A stretch of 64,000 bases of DNA from Eledone cirrhosa. Taxonomy: Eukaryota. A program made the translations under genes and the position numbers. Positions 23,921 to 36,479 of this stretch are shown piece by piece. Numbering within the stretch: position 1 is the stretch's first letter; every line of letters starts with the position of its first letter. The stretch lies in the NCBI GenBank assembly GCA_964016885.1, contig OZ024741.1, positions 323,206,001 to 323,270,000 of the forward strand, read 5' to 3'. A model generated the notes under the pieces. That model saw only the letters and a list, made by a program, of their open reading frames with translations, made no database searches and had not been told where the DNA came from.

Positions 23921-26112
23921 AATACTGAACCAGGTGTCATCAACAGGTTTTTTTTATATAAATGCTCAGTTAACATGCAGTTGTGGCAAGAGGGGTTGGG
24001 GTGCAGATAGAGAATAGAGGTGGTGGGGGTAAATGTAGGAGCAAATGGAGGAGACTGAAGGATGGAGAGAAAGTGAGATATAAGAACAGAGACTAGAGGG
24101 AAGGTGAAAAAGAGAGAAAGGTCACAGGAAGAGAAGATAAAAAGGGGGGAGAAAGAAAGAGATGGAAGGAAGGAGAGTGAGAGGGTGTGTTACAGTACAG
24201 CTTCATTCATAGTCTGTTGCCTAAGAGTTATTACTCACCATTAAGGTTAACTTTGCCTTTCATCCTTACGGGGTCGATAAAATAAAGTACCAGTAATGTA
24301 CTGGGTAATTGATGGCCTTGTGCCAAAAGTAGAAACAATTAATTACATAACTTAATTAGTAGTACTTCCTGTTGGTGAGAGCTAATATAAGCATCTGAAA
24401 AAATTAATTTGTGACTATAGACTAGCTTACTATACACTTCACTCTGGATATGCCATAATTAAGAAATTCACTTTGCATTTAAATCATTAGGTCCCAGGTT
24501 TGATCCCATAACATGGTATCATGGGCAAGTAACTTTTACCCTAGCCATAGGTTAGGCCATGCTTTGTAATTGAAATTAAGTATATGGAGACTATGTAAAA
24601 GCCGGTCAGGAGAATGTATCTATATATGCACATATACACATGCATATTCATACATTTATAGCTGTCGACTGATGAGATGGGATTGTCTGTATACATTCAT
24701 TTTTCTGTCTTCGCCAATATTTTTTATTAATTTAAACATACATATATACTAGGTAATTCAGAAGATTTATGGTTTACTGAGGAATGTACCAATATTAATA
24801 CTATACTATAGCAGAGTGTATACATTAAGAAAAACAAAACAAGGTTTCACATGAGGTTTTTATTGATTAGGCTCAATTACAAATATTTCAAAGATGGTTG
24901 ACTCAAGATCCATATTTGTGTTATAGGCCCGACTCCAGCCCCAATCTGCTCATCAGACTTGTTAATCAAGCAAAACCAGAATCTCATTTGAGAGCATCCA
25001 ATCTCAAATGGTGTATATATACATGGGTATAGAGTAACCAATGCACACACACACACATATATATATAATTTATTATATATATATAATGGGATGCAGACGA
25101 AAAACTATGTAATCAGCCACTACCAAAGCCATGCTACAGTAACGTCATCCCCGCCAACTACAACAGCAAGACCTTGACCCCCACCCCAACACACACATAC
25201 CATGTTAAGGTATAAAAACATATTTAATATGTACAATGATCGTGTTTCTCAATAAATAAGCTCAACAGACCTTGGTTCAGAGCATCAATTATTTGAATTT
25301 TAAAAATATATGTAGGGAGAAAGAAGCATATATCATTTGAGAAACACATAGCATTTTGTACACACATTTATAGAGAAAATGATATTCAAGAAAACATACA
25401 TTCTTCAAGGTGGTAAAAAGTCATTTTTTTCCTTACAACACTGTTTCATAGACCAAAGAATGAAGCAAAAACATTGATCTAAGTAATTGATTATCGATTA
25501 CTATCATTTTGATAAAGCACTAAAAGACAATCTAATTATCAGAGGAATTGTCCTAATATATGTCCAACACTGTACAAAATACCTTTATATCTGTCCAGAG
25601 CAGAGAGTTTGTATAAATCTCAACCCCACATGGTGTCATAAAAGGTTTAACGGACAGGGTAGATATAAACAGGACTGGACGTCGTGTCGGTTAGAAAGAA
25701 CTGCAAAGTACCAGTCACAGTTGAAGCAACGCAACAAATTAATAAATTTGGAGGAGTTATGTACTATGTTAAGATATCAATGCATATTTAATATATGATC
25801 ATGTTTGTCAATAAATAAGCTCAGTGGACCTTGGCAGCGCTGTAAGGGAATGAGTACAGAATATAAAACGATGTAGTTTAAACTATAAAGAATTAAGTAC
25901 ACTGAAGATTATGGAAATATAAAATCATAGAAGGTAGGGGTGAATAAGTGAGTGGTGAAAGGGTGGTATTTGTATAAATATGGAAATATATATATGAATA
26001 TAATTTATGAAGATATAAAGGAATTAACTATGAAGTGTATGGAAATACAATTATGAAATATGATGGCCCTACCTATTCTATCAGTCTACCACACAATATC
26101 ACAGTCTTGCTG

Positions 26113-26596
26113 CTTCCTCTGTTGACAAAGAAGGGTTTCTCCCTGCATACGAAAGGCCGGTTGTATGATGCCTGTGTGAGGAGCGCAATGCTGCATGGTA
26201 GTGAGACATGGGCAGCAACTGCAGAGGATATGCGACGACTGGAGAGAAATGAGGCAAGCATGCTCCGTTGGCTGTGCAGTGTAAATGTGCGTGAACGACC
26301 CAGCATAAATGTGTTGAGAGAGAAACTGTGTCTGAGAGGGATAGAATGTAGTGTACGGGAGAGGAGACTGAGGTGGTATGGACGTGATGCACATGGAGGA
26401 TGACCGGTTGAAGGAAGATGTGGTAGAGGTAGACCAAGAAAAACATGGGCGGAGGTGGTGAGAACAGACCTCAGATCATTGAAGCTCACGGTGGAGATGA
26501 CGAAGGACCGTGACGAGTGGAGAGATGCTGTGCTGAATAAGACCCGTCCCACCCTTGCAAGCAGGGAAAAGCGGACATATGATGATGATGATGATA
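26113..26596 (+). mobile_element. RTE-clade LINE 3' fragment with a complete tail
   Basis: LPLLTKKGFSLHTKGRLYDACVRSAMLHGSETWA..RRLRWYG, an internal deletion near 26400, then GRPRKTWAEVV and the tail ACCCGTCCCACCCTTGCAAGCAGGGAAAAGCGGAC(ATG)n. Confidence 0.9.
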
Positions 26597-27344
26597 GTTG
26601 TCACGGGGTGGTGTGGGTGTTAAACATATATAAGATATAAGGCATGAGGAATAAAAGAAGGAAAAAATGAAAAGCTGAAAAGTTGGGAAAATGACAAAAT
26701 GACAATGACAAAATGGAAGAAAAGAAATTAAAAAAATAAAAATTAAACCTATTTTTTTAATTTAAAAATTATAATAATATAACGAAAACTAAAATATAAG
26801 GATGGTGAAGGTCATGGAATTTTAGAGTATAATGTATGGCATATTACATAACATATAAGAGTGGTGAAATATATAAAACATTGTTTTTTATGCTGGGTCA
26901 CACACACACACACACAGAATATAAAAAATACTGCCCCATTTTTATTTTTATCTTAAAGGACGATAGTTTAAAGAACACTACCATCATGTGTTGTCATTCC
27001 AAGATCAGGAAAAAAGTACATGACCAAACTCTACAGCCATGTATATAAGCTGAAAGAGGATTCTCCTGATTACATCAGCTGGAAGATAGCAGATAGATGA
27101 AAACCCGACATCAATGGTTCTAAGAGGTGCGGATTCTGCAACACAGAGATGGCTTATATGGAAAAATTCACTTGACCCACGCTAATGCCTTACTCAAGAA
27201 ACAAGATATGTAAGCCATGCTCACATAGGACAAAGTATATATTCCGGTTTTGGTCACCTGCAAAAACATGATCAAGGACCACCGAACAATCATGCTTGAC
27301 ACTTTTGACAATAAGGAAGAATACCAACATACAATATAGAAGAG

Positions 27345-28090
27345 CAGTGGGAGTTCCAGAGTGATAATCTACTGAAGGTCACAAACCTCTCTCTCAGCTA
27401 TTGTTCCGTTTCCCTCTTTCTTCCAGTCTTGTCTTGTTTGCCTTAATGGCCCTACCTATTCTATCAGTCTACCACACAATATCACAGTCTTGCTGGCACT
27501 TTAGACCAGTCACACGGCTGGTACATGGCCTTCAGAAGATTGTCACATAGAAATCCCCTATTTTCATCTATATTATAGGTCTCTATTTCATTTTCTTTAT
27601 TGTCATAGGCATTGACTAAGATTTCCCTGAATCTGTTGCAAATTGTATGTTCTCTCAGTTTCTACGTCTTCTCTAGTTTTGTTTTCATCCCCGAGTCCAT
27701 TTAGCCCTTACTCTAATTTGTGTTGGAATGTACATTCATCATCAGGGAGAGACTTGGCATTTATGACCATTTGTCTATCCCATTTCCTGATGAACACAAT
27801 CAATCATTATGGCTCCTGTGATTTCATAATTGTTAGATGATCAGGATGGGGAATGGTTTCCTGAGGTCCATATTGCAGATAGTTAGGTCTAGGGCATCAC
27901 AAAAATCTAGAAATCTAGAACCCCAACCTCTTTCATCGACACTGAGAAAGTCGTCATGGTGTTTCCCAACTTGTCCATTGACGTCACCAGCCGCGATAAA
28001 AACACCATTATTTGTCATTGAGGTAGACTGTAAGAAGGCCTCATAAGTGTGGTCTAGCTTGTGAAGCATATGGAGAGGTTATGGTACCTT
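27345..28090 (-). mobile_element. Degenerate RTE APE-endonuclease/linker fragment
   Basis: FIAAGDVNGQVGK (the GDFN motif) and GSRFLDFCDALDLTICN are typical of the APE domain of RTE elements. Confidence 0.75.
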
Positions 28091-28327
28091 TTGTGTGGGT
28101 GTACATCATCATCATCATCATCATCATCACTTTAACAGCTATTTTTCCACACTAGGTTAGACAAGTTCTCATTGCAAGACAAGTCAGATCAGGTGACCGT
28201 GCTTTGCTTATACAGAACTGTTTCAGGCTTGGTTTCTATGGCTGGATGCCCTTCCTAACACCAACCACTTTGCGCACATATGTATATATACACATACATA
28301 CATACATGTATACACACACACACACAC

Positions 28328-28367
<40 letters not shown>

Positions 28368-28653
28368 CCAATATTTTTATATTTTTTATATCTTCAAATG
28401 TTTTTAATATATTATATCCAAATGTTTATATATATATGTGGAAAAACATGATTTTTTATATATAGGTTTTTTATATGTATGTGGAATAACCTATAGTTTA
28501 TGCTTTAAATATATTAAGATAAATTTTTTTAATGTTTTAACTTTATAGCAAGTAAATTTATGACTTCGTATAAAATAACATATGGTTCATGTTTTAATTA
28601 TATTCTTAAGATAAAAAATGTTTAACTTTATAACATTTAATCCTTAGAGTCAT

Positions 28654-28685
<32 letters not shown>

Positions 28686-29624
28686 TTCACTTCTAACTTT
28701 ACACTTCCTTACTGTTTTTATAATATAACTAAGTGGTTATTCTTTTGTAAACTCTCGTAAATTTTTCATAAAGTTAGAATTATTTGAATGTTTAAATTTT
28801 GACATACAACTTTTAATAAAATAAACTATACTAGTTTTGCTCTAATGTAAAATACTATATATTTATTTAAATAATTTATAATCCTTAACATTTAAACTAA
28901 TTATTAATATTAAATTATTAAATTAAATCTTTAATATTAAGGTAAATTTTAATCTTTAATTTTGATTTCCAATTTTTAATTTTAATTTAATTTTAATCTA
29001 ATTTTTCAACCTATCATTGTAAGTATTATAATCAAAACGTAATGAATCCTGCATTATAAATATTATTCTTCCACGTTATTCTCATTTCTTCTCTCATTTA
29101 GATATATTTACGCTGTCTATATTTATCTCTTCATGCACTATTTTCACTATCAATATATATAATCGTTCTTTCTTTCCTCTTCTATCTTTCTTTTTTTCTT
29201 TTTTCTATTTTATTCTCTCCCTGACATATCTCCCAACAGTTTAATTTAAATAAACCGTTATCTTTTCAACCTTTCGGACACTCATTTGCATACTCACTCA
29301 TAATTTTGTATCACCCTCAATAAATGTACTATCTCCACTATCCAGGAAGCTCCAACCATTAAGGTTGTCTTTTTTTCCGGGTATGCCAATATTTATTTAT
29401 AAAACAAATCTGTATTTTATCTGATGAAAGCGCACCATAATTTGCCTTGATTGCCTTGAAATATGTATAATAAAATAAATATGGTTTTATAAATATAGTT
29501 TCCATTTATTAATATATATATATATATAAAGCAAGAAAAAAAAAAAAAAAAATTGACAGTCCACTCTGTAAGGTGGTCATACTGGTGATAAAAAAGTGCT
29601 CACTTCACCCTAACAACAAAAAAG

Positions 29625-29780
29625 TATCCAGTCCACCCTGCTAGATGGTCATTTTTGTGACACGATAAAAAGTACTCGGTCCACCCTCTTAGATGGTTGT
29701 TTTGGTGACACGATAAAAAGCATCCAATCCAACCTGCTAGATGGTCGTTTTGGTGACACGATACGACGCACCCAATCCAG
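29625..29780. repeat. ~50-bp tandem repeat, 3 copies (CCACCCTGCTAGATGGTCGTTTTGGTGACACGATAAAAAG)
   Basis: Directly visible; resembles the internal repeat unit of SINE family B and is followed by an RTE-like tail at 29815-29868. Confidence 0.75.
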
Positions 29781-29889
29781 ACATGATTTTACCCGACTTA
29801 TCTCATAACCTGACAAACTGTCCAGCCCATGCATGTGTGGAAAAATAGACATTAAATGGTAGTGATGATATATGCGCACGCACACACGC

Positions 29890-29932
<43 letters not shown>

Positions 29933-30024
29933 TATACATACATACACACATCTATAGACATACACCTATCTATATGCATACACACATATATGTACAAACA
30001 CATCTATACAAACACATATCTATA

Positions 30025-30340
30025 TATGAGGGTAAGTCAAAAATTATCCGCACTTTTACTATAACATATCTTTAGGTTTGTCACACTGCCTTCTGCTCAT
30101 GCGTGCTTATAGTTGGTACTATTGTGGTCACATGATTGAAGTTTGAGTTTAATTGCACCAGTTTTCTTGCTGCTGTTACAGTGAAAACATTGCTGCTCTG
30201 CTAGCAGTGTGCACCAGGATGTTTCCACTCCATACTCTTGTATTTTGGCTTATAGTGATGGAGCCTAGTTTCATCGCCTGTGACTATTCTGCTCAAATAT
30301 TCTTCACCTTCATTGTTGTAGCAGTGTCTCTACTAACCAG
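30025..30340. mobile_element. Rearranged mariner transposon fragment
   Basis: TA|TGAGGGTAAGTCAAAAATTATCCGCAC TIR and a decayed N-terminus (IAALLAVCT) on +. From ~30210 the minus strand reads GEEYLSRIVTGDETRLHHYKP..EWKHPG, the first Asp motif of the mariner DDD triad. Confidence 0.8.
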
Positions 30341-30854
30341 CATTATGCAATAGTGAAATAGTTTTAAAGAACAAACAAAACATTGCCCATATCTAACCCC
30401 CCCCCCCCCCCCCCCCCCCCCCCAATCTATCAGGTTTGAAATGTCACAGTTTTCAATTTGTAGGAATTCCCTCCATTTCCAGTGACCTTTACTGCTAAGC
30501 TGACAATTTATAGTTAGTGAGTGATGTGAGTTCAGAAATAGAAAGAACATAACAGTGTTGGTGGTACAGAGAGTATACGATTGAATCAAAACTACTGGAG
30601 TGGCAGAATCATTAGATGCCCTTCCTATAACCACCTACCATACAGCATGGATTGGGTGTATATAATTATACCATAGCTGTGGGGGAGCATTCTCTGATGT
30701 GTGGGAATTGGAAAGAGAAACCTCCAGCATCCAAGCCCTACTTTATGATCTCAATTGTTAGATTGTCAGACAAAATTCTTGCAGTATTTGTTCAACCTTG
30801 CTTTTCATTGTCAAGGTTCATAAAATAAAGTACCAATCAAATACAGTGGTTGAT

Positions 30855-31048
30855 TTAACCCATTTCAGCCAGAATTCTCTCACTTTTTTATCTTCAAACT
30901 GGCCATATCTGGCCACTCATCCCGACACTAAGGTATTGTTCTCAAAATCTTGTAGATTCTATATTATGTGAGATAATTATGTAAGATAAAGGCTTTACCA
31001 CAAAAATACAATAGTATATATAGAGTAATGTAAATGCTAAAGGGTTAA
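30855..31048. mobile_element. piggyBac-like MITE P1 inserted into a family A SINE (~30770-31105)
   Basis: TTAA on both sides; SINE sequence (AAAATAAAGTACC..GATTTAA | TTGAC..AAATTGCTAGCC..TAGAAACTATTAT) resumes after the insert. Confidence 0.75.
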
Positions 31049-32466
31049 TTGACTGCCTTCACCCCAAATTGCTAGCCTTACACCTAAATTAGAAACTATT
31101 ATTTTTCAAAGTGTCTAGTTAAATAACATAACACATTCCTACTAACTGTAAATATGAACTTTAACTTAAATCCTTCATATTAGACATAAACATAGATCTA
31201 TTTTCTTGCTTAGACAGGAGGCAGAGCAGTGCTAATGACCCTTTATGACTTAAGGGCGGGTGCAAGGGAAGTATACTCAAACCAGAGAATTCACTCAAAT
31301 GCTTGCAACATCATCATCATTGAACGTACATATTCCACGCTAGCGTGGGTAGGACGGGCTGTCACTTTGTGAGCAATCTGGTTGGAGGACCGTGTTTCAC
31401 TCACACAGGGCTGATTTTGGCTTAGATTCTACAGCTGGATGCCCTTCCTAATACCATGTGGTTTTAAATCAGTCAACCACCCATGTATGAGCAAGACATG
31501 GTTCTCTGGCTCATGTGAGAAGGCTAGACTTTTGAATTACTGGTATAGTATATTCCAACAGTTTTCCTCACAGTTTCTGTCTACTCAGTTTCACTTACAA
31601 GACTTGGAGCAAGCTGAAGTTATCGTAAAGATACTTGCACCTGATGCTACATAGTGTGATCAAACTTAGGACCTTAACATTGCAAAGCAAACTTCTTAAC
31701 CACTCATCTATGCTTTGTTGGACCACTCTCAGTTCCAACAATGAGTGTACTAATTGTTTAATCATAACATTATTGTGCAAGTGGTTGAGCCTTCCATAGA
31801 CACATGTTCTCTTAACATAAATCTCAAAGGAAATTTAGCGTTGACAGAGGTACAACTCATTCCTTCCAGCTGATTGAACTGGAGTAATATAAAATAAAGT
31901 AACTTGTTGAAGGACACAACACACTGCCAGAAATCAAACTCACAAACTTACGATTGTCAGCTTAACCATTAAGTTACATGCCTTCACACCCACACTACTG
32001 AAAATGAAATTTACAGCTCACATGTATGCAGGTTTAGTTGGCCTCATATGTGGTTACATATCATAGGAAGTTTGAGTGTTTTGATAGAAAGGAACCCACT
32101 CCTCTCATAAAGCAATGTGAAATGAAGTGTTTTCTTAAAAAAAAAAAAAATGCCCCCTAGTCCAGAAATCAAACCCACAACTTTATGATCGTGAGTCCAA
32201 CACCTTAACCCTTTAGTACTCTATATTTACTATTGCATTTTCACAGTAAAGGCTTTATTTCACATTCTCACATAATATCACTTCTATGAGATTTTGATGT
32301 TATTTATTTTGAGAACAATACCTTATCATTGGTGTGTGTGGCCAGTTACAGCCGGTTTGAACAGAAAGAGGTGGGAGAATTCTGGCTGGTTTAAATGTTA
32401 ACCAGCCAGTTAAATGTTAACCTTCAGAAAATTAAATAAAACAAGTAGTAACTAATAATAACTTAC

Positions 32467-32629
32467 CTCCTATCGTACTCTCTTGATACTCATGAAACTG
32501 CCCTTTTACAAAGCGCAAAACCAAACTCGATTTGCCCACAGCTGACTCTCCAAGCAGAACTAATTTAAACTGACATATTTTGCCTTGTGTGGCACCATTT
32601 GGGCGTTGGGCTGCTCCTCTGTTGGCCAT
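32467..32629 (-). CDS. Rab5: Rab5 small GTPase, coding exon 1 (163 nt): [54 protein letters not shown]
   Basis: ATG at 32629; G1 P-loop GESAVGKS and switch I STIG; donor G|GTAAGT after 32467 (phase 1). An acceptor TTTCAG at 32680-32678 with a poly-T tract puts the exon start at 32677, giving 48 nt of 5' UTR. Confidence 0.97.
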
Positions 32630-34226
32630 CTTTTCCAAGAATCCTCTGTTCTAACAAGATTTTAACCTTCAAGCAATCTGAAAGATATTGAAAAAAAAAA
32701 CATTAGTATAAGGAAGCAAAATGTTCCAATTATAAACATATAAACAACAAGCATGTTAAAGCTGTTTTCCCTGCTAAAGCAGGGGTTAGCCTTGTGAGCC
32801 CCGTGACAAGGAGACCTTTTTGAGATAAGTTTTTACATTTGGATGTCCAACTGCATGACATTATTATTTCAAACCATCAATGTAGTATAGTGTATATGAA
32901 GAATTGTGAGATGTAGTTATGATTATTTTAGGAAAGCTTGTACATTGCAAGTTAGAAATACAAGTGAAAAATAGATTCCAGACATCATCATCACCACCAC
33001 TTAATGTCTATTTTCCATGTTTTCATGAGTTAGAAGGGTTGTCACATTGAGGTGAGAGAGGTTAGGTGATCATTCCATTTGGGTTTTATTTCCATGGCTC
33101 GATGCCAAGCATTTCACAGCATGGACTGAAAGCATTTTTGTAGTATGAGCATCACCATCTTACAAGATTGACTAGGTGCTTTTTGTCATGGCACCAACAC
33201 TACTACTTTAGCATGTGAACTGGTTGTATGTTCTCAAAACAAAGAAATGGAGTGTGGTATTGGTGATTGTGTAGAAAATGCATATTAAGATTAGATTTGG
33301 TTTACAAATGTAGAATACATAACCATCCAAGCTAAGCAGGCTTGGTGTAGAGTATTTAAAGAACTAATTTGATTAGTTTATTTACAAACAACACAGTGAA
33401 TTGTTGGATTCATTATCATAAGGTCAAAAGTTCAATTCTTGAACCAGATGACATTATGTTGAGCAAGACACTTCATTTCATGTTGATAAATTTCATTTAT
33501 TTCAAACACTGATGCAAGTGTTGCCAGTTAAAAGATCCACATATCAGACATTAGTAACCTTATAGGAGTTGTGAGAAGAGCATGTGCACCAATCCCACTA
33601 GCCATATCAACTGATCACTGGCCTTGACTAATTGTTCTTGTATCCATTGAGTTATGGTCAACAGCCAGGTGATCTAGCAGGCGAGAGCCTCATATCAATG
33701 GAGGGAGTAGTTGGTGTGCAATAAACCACAATTGTTCTCGATATGATTTTTTGAATGTTTAGAAATAACAACCAAATGTCCCTTAAATCACATCCCACTG
33801 TCTGAACAATGGATAATATCTGTAAAAAATGACATGAAGGTCATGGCTGAAGCACCTTTAATCAGAGTTGATTTGGGGGCTTAAATAACAACTGCTTTCT
33901 ACCATTGTCAAGGTGAAGAAATGTTAAAGTCTGTCCCAAACCCAGTGACTCAACAAGTTTGAGCTCACCCTAGGTATAATAGCATTAAGCAGAGAGTACA
34001 GGACAGGATGTCAGTTCATTGCAAAGTTAACTCCAAATTTCTGCTGGTACTCATTTTCAGCTAAGTTGATTGGAGTAATGTGAACGAAAGTGTTCAGCTC
34101 AAGAACAAAATGCACCAATCAGTCAAATTCAATATTTTTGTCTTACCTAAATATTACAGGTGAGACAAAAAAATTCAAAATTACCTGAAAATCATAAGCA
34201 GTGTATTTTGTTAGAAATATAATAAT

Positions 34227-34442
34227 TTGTTTCTACTTTTGGCACAAAACCAGAAATTTGAAGGGAAGGAGATAGTCAATTAAATCGACCGCAGTGCATT
34301 ACTCGTACTTTATCGACCCCTTAAGGAGGAAAAGCATAACAAACCTCAGCAGGATTTGAACACAGAATGTAAAGGGCTGAAACTATATGCTGGAAAGCAT
34401 GTTGTCCGACACTCTACCGATACTGCCAATTCACCACACACA
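34227..34442 (-). mobile_element. Full-length SINE family A (long variant) with a 16-bp TSD
   Basis: TTAGAAATATAATAAT at 34211-34226 and 34443-34458; A and B boxes and the central domain on the minus strand. Confidence 0.9.
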
Positions 34443-35466
34443 TTAGAAATATAATAATGAAAAAGTTAAATGGCTTGTAATAACAAAGCAGTGTTACAAT
34501 ATGAAGTGGTTGTCCAATATTTTCACTCAGCTATGTTAAACTGTGTGGGACCTCTGTCACTTTTGCCAATAAATGTTCCAGTCATTTGATCCACAGAACC
34601 ACCTGCTCATGAAATTGAAGTTTAAGAAATTGAGCATTGCACAGACACTTGTACCCTTAACTTAATTCCCTAAGAAATAAAGCATAACACTGTGTGGCAA
34701 GGATGGCCATTTAAATTACAGGCACTAATTTTCTGCAAGCTGAGTGGCCTGGAGCAACATAAATTCAAGTTGTTGCTCAAAGACAAAAAACACAACCAGA
34801 AATCAAACACATTGTTTTACAATCATGAGCCAAACACCTTAACGACTAAACCACACACCTTCACAAATATTTTAACCTAGCAGGCATCTTACCATCAAAG
34901 AATATGCCATTCTTTCGGAAGCCATATAAGTTTAAGCAGACACAAGTTTCAGATTCCAAAGTGATTATTGATATAGTGATTTCATTGTCTGTAATTAATA
35001 TTACAAGGGTTAACACAAGTATATAATTAACTTGGTACAAACAGCTCCAGCAGCAGTGTATAGTAAAAAAAAAAAAATGACCTGTGTATTCTGTGCTTTT
35101 GGTTTGAGGTCATGAACAGAACTGAGGCAAGTTATGAAGAGAAGCCATACTAAGTCAAGCATGTAGCCTAGTGGTTAGGATATTTGACTCATAATCATAA
35201 GGCTATGGTTTCGGATCCTAGACTTTGCAGTCTGAAACAAGAAAGATTGTATACCTATATCTTATTCATGTTCCGTATTTTAGCATGGCTTCTATAGCTG
35301 GATGCTATTCCTAAAGCCAAACACTTAGAGTTTACTGGGTGCATTTTATCAAGACACAAGCATAAGAGGACTTGTTCTTAGAAAGACAAAATGTTCTCTA
35401 CCATGTATATATATGTATGTATATTATATATATATATATTACACACACATTTTATATATATATATA

Positions 35467-35501
<35 letters not shown>

Positions 35502-35590
35502 TACACACACATTTTATATATATATATATATTACACACACATTTTATATATATATATATATTACACACACAATTTAATATATATAGTTAT

Positions 35591-35958
35591 GGAGGCACAT
35601 TGCAATCGAAAGGTTGTGAGTTCAATTCTCAGACCGGGTGATGTATTGTTTCCTTGTGCAAGACACTTTATTTCACATTTCTCCAGTTTACTCAGCTGTA
35701 GAAATGAGATGATAGGGACTGGGATCCCTATCATTCCACTGCAAAGTGGTCATGGAGGTGCCACGGCAAAAAAAAGCACCCAGCACTCACTGTAAAGTGG
35801 TCGTGTAGGTGCCACGGAGAAAAAGCACCCAGCACTCACTGTAAATGAGGTTGGTGTTAGGAAGGGCATCCAGCTGTAGAAATCAAGCCAGAATCCGTTC
35901 TCGTCCCACCCTTGCAAGCAGGGAAAAGCGGACGTAAAATGATGATGATGATGATGAT
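35591..35958 (+). mobile_element. SINE family B copy with the A box deleted and an internal duplication
   Basis: Nearly identical to 41759-42109 but lacks most of GGCTTAGTGGTTAGAGCATTGGCC and carries two GGTGCCACGG..GCACCCAGCACTCACTGTAAA units; (GAT)n tail. Confidence 0.9.
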
Positions 35959-36294
35959 AGTTACCTAGGTGACCAATGTAGCAGTGGAGGAGGAGTTTCT
36001 GAAAGCATGGTAGCTATAATAGGAATAGGATGGGAAAGGTTCAAGGATCTACTGCTCCTGTTAACAATAAAAGGCATGTTGTATGATACCTACATGTGAA
36101 GGGCAGTGCTGCATAAGTAAGACATGGGCAGAGGATATGAAAAGGCTACAGAGAAATGAAGCAAGCATACTTTGATGGAAATGTGAATCAACAACAAAGC
36201 ATAGATGAACTGTATATACAAGGACTTAGATATAATTTGTAAGAGAGAAGACTGTACTGGTATAAACATGTAATGCATATGGATGGTGATTATT

Positions 36295-36479
36295 ATTGGC
36301 AGTATCGGTAGAAGGTCGGACGCCATGCTTTGATGTATAGAGTTACGGCCCTTGCCATTCTGAGTTCAAATCCCGCCGAGGTTAACTTTGCCTTTCATCC
36401 TTACGGGGTCGATAAAATAAAGTACCAGTAATGCACTGGGTAATTGCTGGCCTTGTGCCTAACGTAGAAACAATTATTA
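36295..36479 (+). mobile_element. SINE family A (short variant) inserted into an RTE remnant
   Basis: A and B boxes, central domain, ATTATTA at both ends; RTE-like sequence on both flanks. Confidence 0.88.

Noticed and set aside
32630-32638. ORF-track start MEK upstream of the Rab5 ATG
   Set aside because: That start is a TTG codon; the ATG at 32629 gives the typical Rab5 N-terminus MANRG.
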